A stretch of 64,000 nt of DNA, from NCBI GenBank assembly GCA_026417415.1, contig JAOADG010000024.1, positions 11,678-75,677 on the forward strand. Direction: 5' to 3'. Positions 28,740-38,202 of the stretch are shown one piece after another (within the stretch, counting starts at the first letter, position 1; the number at the start of each line of letters is the position of its first letter). The position numbers and the translations under genes were made by a program. A model generated the notes under the pieces. The model saw nothing but the letters and a program-made list of their open reading frames with translations. It did no database searches and was not told the DNA's origin. This stretch comes from a bacterium (GTDB taxonomy: Bacteria; Electryoneota; JAOADG01).

Positions 28740-29542
28740 TCTTTTTTTGCGATGGCTAATATCCCTCGTCCTTCTTTTAGTGGAACATACAAATCACGTA
28801 ACCACAAAGGAATTCCAAGAGGATAAGCAAGAAGGAACCAAAACGGCAATAGGAAGAAACCAAACCATCCTAAGTTTGCAATATGTAAAGGTACGTATTG
28901 CCACAAACGCCACAACCATTGTCCTGTAATCGGATGGTAAGTAGGGAATAGTTGAACTTTTTGAAAACCTGCTGTGAATAGTTTTTCTTCTAATTCCGGT
29001 GGATAATACCCCGCTCGAACATGTTCTTCTACTTGGTATTTGGGGTTTACAGTAGTTATTCGCGAATCTTCTTTTGCACCGGGAGTGTGTACAACTAAAT
29101 ATCCACCCTTTTTCAAGGCATTATAGAAACGTTTGAATACATCAACATCATCTTCAATATGTTCCATAATATCTACCGCTAAAATACAATCATAAAGTTG
29201 CTTTTCTTCTAAGGTTAACAAATCTTTGGGTACAAACTTCAAATTTTGTAAACCTTTTTTACGTGCATGGAAATTGCCGCTATCTAAAAAATGTTGTTTG
29301 ACATCAGCACCGACAATATGGCTTTTCGGGAATTTTTTGGCTAACCAAAAAGAATACTGACCTAAACCACAGCCTGCATCTAAAAAATTTGATGTTTTAG
29401 GAAGAGAGAGTGATAAAAGATGGCGCTTTACGTGTGCTTCTCGTAAAAATAATTTTCCAATTACAAAGAACAGAGCATCACGTAGAATCGTGCTATCTTT
29501 AGTTAGTAAATAAAGTCGGTCTTTGATTGGATCGTATTCCAT
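28736..29542 (-). CDS. class I SAM-dependent methyltransferase with hydrophobic C-terminal tail
   Basis: Motif I FLDAGCGLGQ...VGADV. C-terminal 50 aa hydrophobic (GWFGFFLLPFWFLLAYPLGIPLWL). Confidence 0.7.
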   Translation of the reverse strand: MEYDPIKDRLYLLTKDSTILRDALFFVIGKLFLREAHVKRHLLSLSLPKTSNFLDAGCGLGQYSFWLAKKFPKSHIVGADVKQHFLDSGNFHARKKGLQNLKFVPKDLLTLEEKQLYDCILAVDIMEHIEDDVDVFKRFYNALKKGGYLVVHTPGAKEDSRITTVNPKYQVEEHVRAGYYPPELEEKLFTAGFQKVQLFPTYHPITGQWLWRLWQYVPLHIANLGWFGFFLLPFWFLLAYPLGIPLWLRDLYVPLKEGRGILAIAKKE

Positions 29543-29663
29543 AGTAGAAAAAAGTTATAGGTTGATTTCAAATCTTGCAAACTTCACATTTGTAATCCCA
29601 CAATTCACATACTACTTTTAATCAAGTATCTAATAATAGTTTGAAGTTAGAAATAACAGAAAT

Positions 29664-31520
29664 ATGTATAAAAAATTAAATTCAACGACGCGTTTAGCAA
29701 TAAAATTGTTGATTGATGCGTTTCTATTTTTATTGGCGATCATTTTAAGTTATTTCCTCCGTTTTAATACTTGGGATGATTCGATCATTTGGTTAAAAAA
29801 AGTCATCCATTTTGTTCCATTATTTATTTTAATTCGTTTATGTTGTTTTTATTTCTTTCGCCTTTATTCCACAATGTGGCGTTATTCTGCTTTACATACC
29901 TTTTTCTCCATAGTTAAAGCAGATGCGCTGGGTACAGTGCTAATTATCTTAACCGACACATTTTACATAGAAACCAATTTACCAAGAGGGATCATCGTTT
30001 TGGACTTTTTCTTGGTCTTGGTGTTTACGGGAGGTATAAGATTATTTGTTCGTTGGTTAAATACTGTTGAAATTTCAAAATCAAAAGAACATAAAGAAAC
30101 TAAACGTGTCCTAATTTACGGCGCAGGTGATGCTGGGGAACAATTGTTAAGAAGCATATTAAGCACGAAAGATGCAGGATTGCATGTGGTTGGTTTTGTG
30201 GACGATGATAAAACAAAATTAGGTCAATACATCCATAGTAAAAAGGTTTTAGGAACACGGTCGGATATTGGAAATATTGTAAAAAATCATAATGTAGATG
30301 CAATTTATTTTTGTGTACCATCCTTATCCGGTGCAGAAACAAGAGGAATTTTATCTTCCATAAAACAACAGATTAATGAAAACATTGAAGTAAAAACCAT
30401 ACCGGGGCTATCCGATATTGTTACCAATGAAATTACCATCAGCCATTTAAGAAAGTTTGAAATCAAAGATTTATTAAGACGGAAGCAAATTCATCTTGAT
30501 ACGACCCCTGTGAGACAAATGATTCAAACTAAAAATGTATTGGTAGTCGGTGGTGGTGGAAGTATAGGATTAGAACTTTGTCGGCAAATTGCATCCTTTC
30601 AACCCAATGTATTAATCGTTTCAGATTCCAGCGAATACAATGTGTATCGAGCAGAATTGGAGTTAAAACAGCAGTATCCAAAAATTGAAATTATTCCGAT
30701 GGTAGCAGATGCTTGTAATGAAACTTTGATGCAGACCATCTTCCGAAAATTCAATCCAGAACTGGTTTTCCACGCTGCTGCCTATAAGCATGTTCCTTTG
30801 ATGGAAATGAACCCTTGGGCTGCCATTTATAACAATGTAAAAAGCACGTTAGTATTAACAGATTTAGCTAACCAATTCGAGGTAAAACGGTTCATTTTAA
30901 TTTCTTCCGATAAAGCAGTAAACCCAACCAGCATTATGGGTGCAACCAAGCGAATGTGTGAAATTATTTGCCTTTTAAAACAAAACGCAGGGAATACAGA
31001 TTTCATTTCGGTGCGATTTGGAAATGTATTAGGAAGTTCTGGAAGTGTGATTCCTTTGTTTAAAGAACAAATTGAAAAAGGCGGTCCTGTTACCGTTACG
31101 CATCCTGATATTACACGGTTCTTTATGCTTATTTCAGAAGCAGTAGAATTGGTTTTACAAGCAGGTGCTATTGGCGAGCGTGGAAAAATTTATGTTCTTG
31201 ATATGGGAGAACCCATTCGGATTGCAGATTTGGCGGAATATATGATCACGTTATCTGGATTAAGACCTAATGTGGACATACAAATTGTTTATACGGGGCT
31301 ACGTCCCGGTGAAAAAATGTACGAAGATTTGTATTTGGGTGGGAATGAAGTTCCAACCAAAATACCCAATGTTTTTGTGATCCATCCATCTTTAAACTTC
31401 CATTTGACCTACCTTGAAGAAGTAGAAAAATTATTGCAAAATCAGTATTCATTAAGCATTGATCAACTCAAGCAAGAAATAAAAAAGTTTGTACCCGAGT
31501 ACCAGCTGAAAACCGCTTAA
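29664..31520 (+). CDS. membrane-anchored NDP-sugar 4,6-dehydratase/epimerase, CapD/WbpM/PglF family
   Basis: Four N-terminal TM helices, then two Rossmann segments (VLIYGAGDAGE; VLVVGGGGSIGLEL) and SDR catalytic region. Confidence 0.8.
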   Translation: MYKKLNSTTRLAIKLLIDAFLFLLAIILSYFLRFNTWDDSIIWLKKVIHFVPLFILIRLCCFYFFRLYSTMWRYSALHTFFSIVKADALGTVLIILTDTFYIETNLPRGIIVLDFFLVLVFTGGIRLFVRWLNTVEISKSKEHKETKRVLIYGAGDAGEQLLRSILSTKDAGLHVVGFVDDDKTKLGQYIHSKKVLGTRSDIGNIVKNHNVDAIYFCVPSLSGAETRGILSSIKQQINENIEVKTIPGLSDIVTNEITISHLRKFEIKDLLRRKQIHLDTTPVRQMIQTKNVLVVGGGGSIGLELCRQIASFQPNVLIVSDSSEYNVYRAELELKQQYPKIEIIPMVADACNETLMQTIFRKFNPELVFHAAAYKHVPLMEMNPWAAIYNNVKSTLVLTDLANQFEVKRFILISSDKAVNPTSIMGATKRMCEIICLLKQNAGNTDFISVRFGNVLGSSGSVIPLFKEQIEKGGPVTVTHPDITRFFMLISEAVELVLQAGAIGERGKIYVLDMGEPIRIADLAEYMITLSGLRPNVDIQIVYTGLRPGEKMYEDLYLGGNEVPTKIPNVFVIHPSLNFHLTYLEEVEKLLQNQYSLSIDQLKQEIKKFVPEYQLKTA

Positions 31521-31539
31521 ACTGCTATATTAATCAAAG

Positions 31540-33672
31540 ATGGAAAAAATAACACGCGCATTATTTAAAGAGAAACTTCCGTTCTTTTTACTCTTTGTAT
31601 TAATAGCTTTGTTCGTACTCATCGTGATGTGGATTGGGAACTATGGTATCCAATCGGGTGATGGCGCTGAACTTGGGACTGTAGCAAGGTTTTATGGAAT
31701 CCCTCATCCAACTGGTTATCCACTGTTTATATCCATCGTGCGATTGTTCTTTTTATTTTGCCAAGATGGACAAATGGCAGTAGCCATTTTTTCGCGCTTG
31801 TGTTGGATCGTGGGGTTACTTGTTTTAACACTACCCAATTCAATTCGGACGTTAGATATAACGAAAGTATTCTTTCATCTAAGCATTTTAATTCTTTTGT
31901 ACACTTGGACATCCAAATCAATGAGTGCAGAGACCGCAGAAGTGTATTCATTTCTGTTTTTGTTCCTTGCAATCATTTTAAGAATCTATTCTCAAAATCC
32001 TTTATTAACCTCATACATTACCGGATTAGCCATTTCACATCATTGGTTAGCATTGGGAATCATTCCAATTTGGCTTTCCAGTTTGTATAAAATACAAAAA
32101 GCTAGAACATTCAAATTGACTGTAGTTTACCTAACATTTTTTATTTTGGGTTTATCTACTTGGCTCATTCTATTTATTCGTGCAGACGCTGCGATTCCAG
32201 TGTCTTGGAATGCTGTTGAAGGAATGCAAAATGTGTGGGCTCATATTACAGGAAGATCTTACCTTACCACGATAGGTTGGTCTTTATCCAATCTAAAAAC
32301 TCAATCGTATTGGATACCACAAATATTTTTTCCCTTAGGAATTCTATTTTTTATTCTTTCAGTTGTCTATGGGTATTGGACTTATCGTAAGTATAAACAT
32401 CAGAACGATGATCATCAACGAACTATAACCGTAATCGTTGAAGGGGGTTCATTGTTTGTCTTTTTGTTGCTAACATTGGGCTATCCAATACCGGATAAAC
32501 AGGGATATTTTCTTGCTACTGCAGCATTCTTTGGATATTGGAGCCATCAAGCCGTTGAACTAATATCCGATAGATTGGAGCAAAAAAGATCGTTCCTTTT
32601 GATTTCGATGATAGTACTTATTGTCTCAATTGTGTATTCATCAAGAGTGATACAAAACCAAGTAATGGATGCAAAGTTGAGCAATGATTTAAGAAACCAA
32701 TATACCCAATCATTTTTGAATGCATTACCCAATGGAACGATTGTATTTGCAGGTGGGGATCATACCTCTTTCCCTTTGATAGCCGCTGAACTATCAAAAG
32801 GTGAAGGGAAGCCAATTACCATTCTTTCAGCAAAACTGAGAAAAAAAGAGTTAAACCGACTTCTTGAAAAGTACAACGGCGGAAGAGTTGATGTACCAGA
32901 TGTACGTCTCCAATTGGGATTGGTATATCCCAGACCAGTGGTAATCGTTATTGATCCATTTTCAAGTCAACACGATGCAGTGCACCTTGCGTTTCGTGTA
33001 GCACAGTTAAGGTTGAATCACCCAGACACATTGAGAAATATTGAACTGGTTCCAAGAGGAAGTGTCTATCAATTAAGACGGAACAACGAACCTCTCATTC
33101 CTGAAGTTCAAATACCAAAATGGCAAAAGGAGATTCCAAATGATCCACTTTGGTCCATTGTTGAATGGTTAAACACACAAAAAACGGGTAAAATCAATGA
33201 AACAGCCCAAAAAATTGTATCTAAGTTAATTGAACAAAAACGGTGGGATTTAGTTGCTGAATTTGGAATTCATTTACGTTCTTTACAATTTTGGGAACTG
33301 GCTGAATGGTGCTATCGTCTTGCTTTGCAACATTTTCCTACTGGAAGTAAAGAGCAAGAGAAATTATTAAAAGCCATCGCGAATATCTATCGCGATCGTG
33401 CGAATTTAGCAATGGCAAAGAACAATGAAACATTGGCACTAACTTTGTTTGAAAAATCGTTACAATTGGATCCGTATCATCCTCAAACTTTGAAAACGGT
33501 GGGTTTGTTATACATCGGTAGAAATGATTATGAAAATGGGATTATCAAGTTGCGTAAGTACCTTGAACTTCAAGAAGATCCGATGATCCGAAGCTTGTTG
33601 GATGAAGGGGGTAAAATTCGTGTGAAATTACCAAGCAAAGAAAATCAATTGAGTCAACCCAATGTTCATTGA
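31540..33672 (+). CDS. DUF2723-family polytopic membrane protein (GT-C-like, TMEM260/O-mannosyltransferase-like) with C-terminal TPR repeats
   Basis: Hallmark N-terminal motif SGDGAELGTVARFYGIPHPTGYPLF; ~10 TM helices; C-terminal TPR-like repeats. Confidence 0.6.
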   Translation: MEKITRALFKEKLPFFLLFVLIALFVLIVMWIGNYGIQSGDGAELGTVARFYGIPHPTGYPLFISIVRLFFLFCQDGQMAVAIFSRLCWIVGLLVLTLPNSIRTLDITKVFFHLSILILLYTWTSKSMSAETAEVYSFLFLFLAIILRIYSQNPLLTSYITGLAISHHWLALGIIPIWLSSLYKIQKARTFKLTVVYLTFFILGLSTWLILFIRADAAIPVSWNAVEGMQNVWAHITGRSYLTTIGWSLSNLKTQSYWIPQIFFPLGILFFILSVVYGYWTYRKYKHQNDDHQRTITVIVEGGSLFVFLLLTLGYPIPDKQGYFLATAAFFGYWSHQAVELISDRLEQKRSFLLISMIVLIVSIVYSSRVIQNQVMDAKLSNDLRNQYTQSFLNALPNGTIVFAGGDHTSFPLIAAELSKGEGKPITILSAKLRKKELNRLLEKYNGGRVDVPDVRLQLGLVYPRPVVIVIDPFSSQHDAVHLAFRVAQLRLNHPDTLRNIELVPRGSVYQLRRNNEPLIPEVQIPKWQKEIPNDPLWSIVEWLNTQKTGKINETAQKIVSKLIEQKRWDLVAEFGIHLRSLQFWELAEWCYRLALQHFPTGSKEQEKLLKAIANIYRDRANLAMAKNNETLALTLFEKSLQLDPYHPQTLKTVGLLYIGRNDYENGIIKLRKYLELQEDPMIRSLLDEGGKIRVKLPSKENQLSQPNVH

Positions 33673-34684
33673 TTATGCTACTTTGACCATCAAAGCTGGA
33701 CGTGGTGGAGATGGATGTGTAAGTTTTAGAAGAGAAAAATTTGTACCCAAAGGTGGTCCAGATGGTGGTGATGGCGGCAAAGGGGGAGATGTCATTTTTG
33801 TTGTTGATCCCAATCGTACAACTCTTTTAGATTTTCGCTATGTCCATCATTTTGAAGCAGAAAACGGGATGCATGGAAGTGGAAATAAAATGACGGGAAG
33901 AAATGGAAAAGATTGTATCATTCCCGTTCCCCAAGGTACATTGGTGAAAGATAAAGAAACAGGTGAAATTTTAGCCGATCTAACAAGTATTGGACAAAAA
34001 TGGATTGCTGCAAAAGGCGGAAAAGGGGGAAAAGGAAATAGTAATTTTGCAACCTCTGTAAATCGTGCACCAAGAAAAGCAACCCCCGGAAAAGAAGGTG
34101 AAGAAAAGTCGCTTATTTTAGAACTTAAACTTATTGCAGATGTAGGATTGGTGGGAAAACCAAATGCAGGAAAGTCCACGTTATTGGCTACAGTTACTGC
34201 AGCAAGACCCAAGATTGCAGATTATCCTTTTACTACACTCGAACCAAACTTGGGAATTGTTCCACTCCCAGAATTTCGCTCGTTTGTCATGGCAGATATT
34301 CCCGGTTTAATTGAGGGTGCGAGCCAAGGAAAAGGATTAGGGTATCGGTTTTTAAGACACATTGAACGTACCAGATTGCTGCTCATTTTAATTCCAATGG
34401 ATAGCGAAAACCCAAAAGAAGAATTGATGATGTTACTCAATGAGTTAAATCATTATTCAGAGGAATTGGTAAAGAAACCTAGATTGGTGGTCCGTTCAAA
34501 AAGTGATTTAATCTCGCAAAGTTCAATAGAATTAGAAGAAGCGATTTTATCTTTTTCAGCAGTTACACATCACAACATCAAAGAGTTAATTTATCGTATT
34601 GACCAAGAACTAAAAACCATTCCCCAAACACGGTTTCCAATCACTACCTTTGAAAATGAATCGGGTCAAGAGTTGTATGGATGA
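33662..34684 (+). CDS. obg: GTPase Obg
   Basis: Glycine-rich Obg fold AGRGGDGCVSFRREKFVPKGGPDGGDGGKGGDV; G1 GKPNAGKST; G3 DIPG. Overlaps upstream stop by 11 nt. Confidence 0.9.
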   Translation: MFIDYATLTIKAGRGGDGCVSFRREKFVPKGGPDGGDGGKGGDVIFVVDPNRTTLLDFRYVHHFEAENGMHGSGNKMTGRNGKDCIIPVPQGTLVKDKETGEILADLTSIGQKWIAAKGGKGGKGNSNFATSVNRAPRKATPGKEGEEKSLILELKLIADVGLVGKPNAGKSTLLATVTAARPKIADYPFTTLEPNLGIVPLPEFRSFVMADIPGLIEGASQGKGLGYRFLRHIERTRLLLILIPMDSENPKEELMMLLNELNHYSEELVKKPRLVVRSKSDLISQSSIELEEAILSFSAVTHHNIKELIYRIDQELKTIPQTRFPITTFENESGQELYG

Positions 34685-35774
34685 AAATCATTTCTATCTT
34701 ATCGCATTGTTAAGTGCGGATGGAATTGGTCCAAAGAGAGCTAAAACGCTAATTGATTTTTTTGGAACGCCTCAGAAGGCATTGCAAGGTACATCAAAGG
34801 ATTGGCTTCAAGTTACAGATATCGGAGAAAACATAGCCAAAGCGTTGTATCAAAAAGAAAAATTATTTCAAGAAGCAGAAAAGATTTTACAGTTTTGTGT
34901 GAAAAACAATATTCACATTTTAACTTTAGAGGATGCAGATTATCCAAATTTATTGAAAGAAATCCATGATCCTCCTCTTTTACTTTATCAAAAGGGCACA
35001 TTGAAGCCGGTTTGGGAAAAATCCATTTCTATTGTGGGAACACGATTGGCTACAGAATACGGTAAAAAAGTAGCCAATCAATTTGCAAAAGAGTTATCCT
35101 GTAATGGATGGACAGTTGTAAGTGGATTAGCAATTGGGATTGATGGAGCTGCTCATAAAGGTGCTTTAGCAGGAGGTGTCGGGTCAACAGTTGGAGTATT
35201 GGGTTGTGGAATCAACGTTTACTACCCTCCTCAACACAAGAACCTGACAGAAGCAATTGTTGAACAAGGATTATTGCTGTCGGAATACCCTCCTAACGTA
35301 CAACCTGATGCTAGATATTTTCCACAAAGAAATCGTATCATAAGTGGTTTAACCAAAGGGACGGTGGTGATAGAAGCAGGCGATCATTCTGGAGCATTAA
35401 TTACGAGCGAATTGGCTATTGAACAAAATCGCGATGTGTTTGCTGTACCCGGAATGATTACTTCACCTTATTCCAAAGGCACCAATCAATTAATTCAAAA
35501 GGGTGCAAAGTTAGTGACTTCGGTCAATGACATTCTCAATGAATATGAACCTTACAATCATTTACCAAAAGCAGATCCGAATCAATTAGAGAATTTATCT
35601 ACCGAAGAGAAAAAACTGTTTGAAGAATTGGCATATGGACCTTTTAGTGCAGATATTTTAGCTGAAAAGTTAAATTGGGACATCGGAAACGTGCTTAGTG
35701 TCCTAACTACTTTACAGTTAAAAGGCCTATTGGTGAATATGGCAGGTGAATACCATAGAACGGTGAGGGATTAA
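34677..35774 (+). CDS. dprA: DNA-protecting protein DprA (Smf)
   Basis: DprA Rossmann motif SGLAIGIDGAAHKGAL. ATG 34677 overlaps obg stop (ATGGATGA); track start 34650 is TTG. Confidence 0.85.
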   Translation: MDENHFYLIALLSADGIGPKRAKTLIDFFGTPQKALQGTSKDWLQVTDIGENIAKALYQKEKLFQEAEKILQFCVKNNIHILTLEDADYPNLLKEIHDPPLLLYQKGTLKPVWEKSISIVGTRLATEYGKKVANQFAKELSCNGWTVVSGLAIGIDGAAHKGALAGGVGSTVGVLGCGINVYYPPQHKNLTEAIVEQGLLLSEYPPNVQPDARYFPQRNRIISGLTKGTVVIEAGDHSGALITSELAIEQNRDVFAVPGMITSPYSKGTNQLIQKGAKLVTSVNDILNEYEPYNHLPKADPNQLENLSTEEKKLFEELAYGPFSADILAEKLNWDIGNVLSVLTTLQLKGLLVNMAGEYHRTVRD

Positions 35775-35775
35775 A

Positions 35776-37407
35776 ATGAAAACTCATAATCAAAATCAAA
35801 ATGTAAATGTAAAAAAGCTTGTGTGGTTTGGCTGTATCGCAATTGCGGTTTTACTGGCATTTTTTACAGGATACAAACTCGCTCATAGTCAAGTATCACA
35901 AGGAGAATCCTTAACCTTTCATTTGCAAAAATTTTCTGAAGTAATTGCTAACATTAGAAATTCTTACGTAGAAGTGCCGGATATGGCGGATGTAATTGAG
36001 GGCGCGATTGTAGGAGCTTTGGAACAGCTGGATCCTCATTCGGTGTATATCCCTCCAGAAGAGGAAGAAAGGATAGAAGAACAATTTTCTGGTTCGTTTG
36101 AAGGAATCGGTATCCAATTTATTATTTATGAAAAAGTGATCACTGTTGTTTCACCTATTCCCGGAACGCCAGCAGAAAGAATGGGATTAAGAACAGGCGA
36201 TAAAATCACTCACATTGATGACAAAAGTGCTTATGGGATTAAAGAAGAAGAGGTATTTAAACGAATTAGAGGACCAAAAGGGACAAAGGTAAAATTAACA
36301 GTACGAAGGGCAGGCATAGATGAACCTTTAATTTTTATCATAACCAGAGATAGAATTCCTATCTATTCTATTGAAACAGCATTAATGGTAGATAATCAAA
36401 CTGGGTACATCTTACTTAATCAGTTCACTTCTACCACCAGCGATGAATTAGAGGCAGCAATCGACTCATTACAAAAAGTTGGAATGAAACGTTTAATTTT
36501 TGATTTAAGAAACAACAGCGGTGGACTATTGACTCAAGCAGTTTTAGTTGCATCCAAGTTTATTCCCAGCGGAAAATTAATTGTTTACACAAAAGGCAGA
36601 ATTCCCAATTCAAACTTGGAATACCGAAGTTTATCAAGCGGCAAACATAGAAATTTCCCTTTGATTATTCTGGTAAATAACGGTTCTGCTTCTGCTTCTG
36701 AAATCGTGGCAGGTGCAATTCAAGATTTGGATCGGGGATTAGTCATTGGGACCACAACCTTTGGAAAAGGGTTGGTTCAATCTCAAATTCCATTAAAAGA
36801 CGGATCGGTTTTACGATTAACTACTGCGCGTTACTATACTCCTTCAGGTCGCTTAATACAAAGACCCTACAAATTAGGAGACCGAAGTGGGTATATTGAT
36901 GATATCCTAATGGATGAAACTCAGGATACAACTGAGGTAGATACTGTAAAAAGAGAAAAATTCAAAACTTCAGCAGGTAGAATCGTGTACGGAGGTGGTG
37001 GAATTACACCAGATGTGAAGATTCAACCCACAAAATTATCGCTATCTTCTGCAAGGTTGAGAAATTCTAGAGTGATGATTGACCTTGCGCAACAGAAGGC
37101 GCCAGAATTGATTAAAAAATATGGTTCAAATTTTGAACAGTTTCAAAAGGAAGTTACAATCACAGATGAGATGTTATTGGAATTGGTAAAAGAAGCAAGA
37201 AGAATTGATCCAAAAATTGAGATTAAAGAAGAAGATGTATTAAAAGATCGAGAGTTCTTAGCATTGACCTATAAAGGCGAGTTGGCACAAGCAGTTTTCA
37301 ATTCTCGACAATCAAGATATCAAGTGGTAGTCCCTGAAGATGAATTGGTTAAGCAAGCACTTCAATTGTTTCCAAAAGCAGAAGAGATTGCTTCACTGCC
37401 GCGCTAA
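35776..37407 (+). CDS. S41-family C-terminal processing peptidase (PDZ domain)
   Basis: N-terminal TM anchor, PDZ region, catalytic NNGSASASE and TTFGKG. Starts 2 nt after dprA stop. Confidence 0.85.
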   Translation: MKTHNQNQNVNVKKLVWFGCIAIAVLLAFFTGYKLAHSQVSQGESLTFHLQKFSEVIANIRNSYVEVPDMADVIEGAIVGALEQLDPHSVYIPPEEEERIEEQFSGSFEGIGIQFIIYEKVITVVSPIPGTPAERMGLRTGDKITHIDDKSAYGIKEEEVFKRIRGPKGTKVKLTVRRAGIDEPLIFIITRDRIPIYSIETALMVDNQTGYILLNQFTSTTSDELEAAIDSLQKVGMKRLIFDLRNNSGGLLTQAVLVASKFIPSGKLIVYTKGRIPNSNLEYRSLSSGKHRNFPLIILVNNGSASASEIVAGAIQDLDRGLVIGTTTFGKGLVQSQIPLKDGSVLRLTTARYYTPSGRLIQRPYKLGDRSGYIDDILMDETQDTTEVDTVKREKFKTSAGRIVYGGGGITPDVKIQPTKLSLSSARLRNSRVMIDLAQQKAPELIKKYGSNFEQFQKEVTITDEMLLELVKEARRIDPKIEIKEEDVLKDREFLALTYKGELAQAVFNSRQSRYQVVVPEDELVKQALQLFPKAEEIASLPR

Positions 37408-37411
37408 CTAC

Positions 37412-37435
37412 ATTATCAATTGAATTATTGATAAT
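37412..37435. repeat. perfect 9-bp inverted repeat ATTATCAAT-N6-ATTGATAAT
   Basis: Seen directly between the peptidase stop and the SPOR gene start. Could be a weak terminator or an operator. Confidence 0.5.
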
Positions 37436-37443
37436 TAGACACA

Positions 37444-38202
37444 ATGTACAAACAAAGCGGCTGGATATTCTTTTGTTTGCTTGTACTCATAGTAGTTACA
37501 AATGCGGCCGAGTATAGTAAAAAACAGAAACATCAACAGATTGTCGATTCGCTAAAAAAAAGAGAAGCGAAACTTCCAACAAAACCCGATCCAGTTTCTT
37601 ATTTGGATGATGCTACTGCAGGCACCTTCAAACCTAACACACCACCGAAGGGATTAGATCAACCGTTGGATGAACATAAAACTTTAGTGTTGGGTTACAG
37701 AATTTTAGTGTATCAGACCAACGATGAAACAGATGCCAAAAAGTGGTTCAACAAGTTTATACATATGTATCAGACAAAAGTTTCTTTACGCTTTGAAAAT
37801 GACTCTTATTCCATTTTACTTGGGAATTTTCAAGATTCTATCCAAGCCCAACAATTTCTAAAACAAAATAAAGAAATCCATTCTTACCATCCAAAAATCA
37901 TTCCATCACGCATTCTTAAAAATGAAAGTACCCGTAAACAGAATCCTATACCTATCGGTGAAAAAATACGTTGGACGATTCAAGTAGCCGTTTTATCCGA
38001 TTACCAGAAAGCACAAGAGTTTAGAAACCAATTAGACAATCAACTTCCCTTTCCGGTATTTATAAAAACTCAAAGTGCACACAAATGGACAATCCACGTG
38101 GGAGAGTTTTCAAATTTACAAGAAGCAGAGAATGCCACACAGAAATTAAAAAACTTAGGTTACCAACAACTCTGGATCAAACAATCAAAGGAAGAATTAT
38201 GA
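37444..38202 (+). CDS. tandem SPOR-domain (peptidoglycan-binding) protein
   Basis: Signal peptide; two segments with SPOR-like pattern (YRILVYQTNDETDAKKW...ILLGNFQDSIQAQQF; WTIQVAVLSDYQKAQEF...WTIHVGEFSNLQEAENA). Confidence 0.55.
   Translation: MYKQSGWIFFCLLVLIVVTNAAEYSKKQKHQQIVDSLKKREAKLPTKPDPVSYLDDATAGTFKPNTPPKGLDQPLDEHKTLVLGYRILVYQTNDETDAKKWFNKFIHMYQTKVSLRFENDSYSILLGNFQDSIQAQQFLKQNKEIHSYHPKIIPSRILKNESTRKQNPIPIGEKIRWTIQVAVLSDYQKAQEFRNQLDNQLPFPVFIKTQSAHKWTIHVGEFSNLQEAENATQKLKNLGYQQLWIKQSKEEL

Noticed and set aside
33847-34440. Gly/Pro-rich antisense ORFs opposite obg
   Set aside because: Mirror of the glycine-rich Obg fold region. Shadow ORFs.
38085-38198. Longer dsbD model starting at ATG 38085
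   Set aside because: It would overlap the SPOR gene by 118 nt in another frame. The signal peptide begins at the ATG 38199 that overlaps the SPOR stop.
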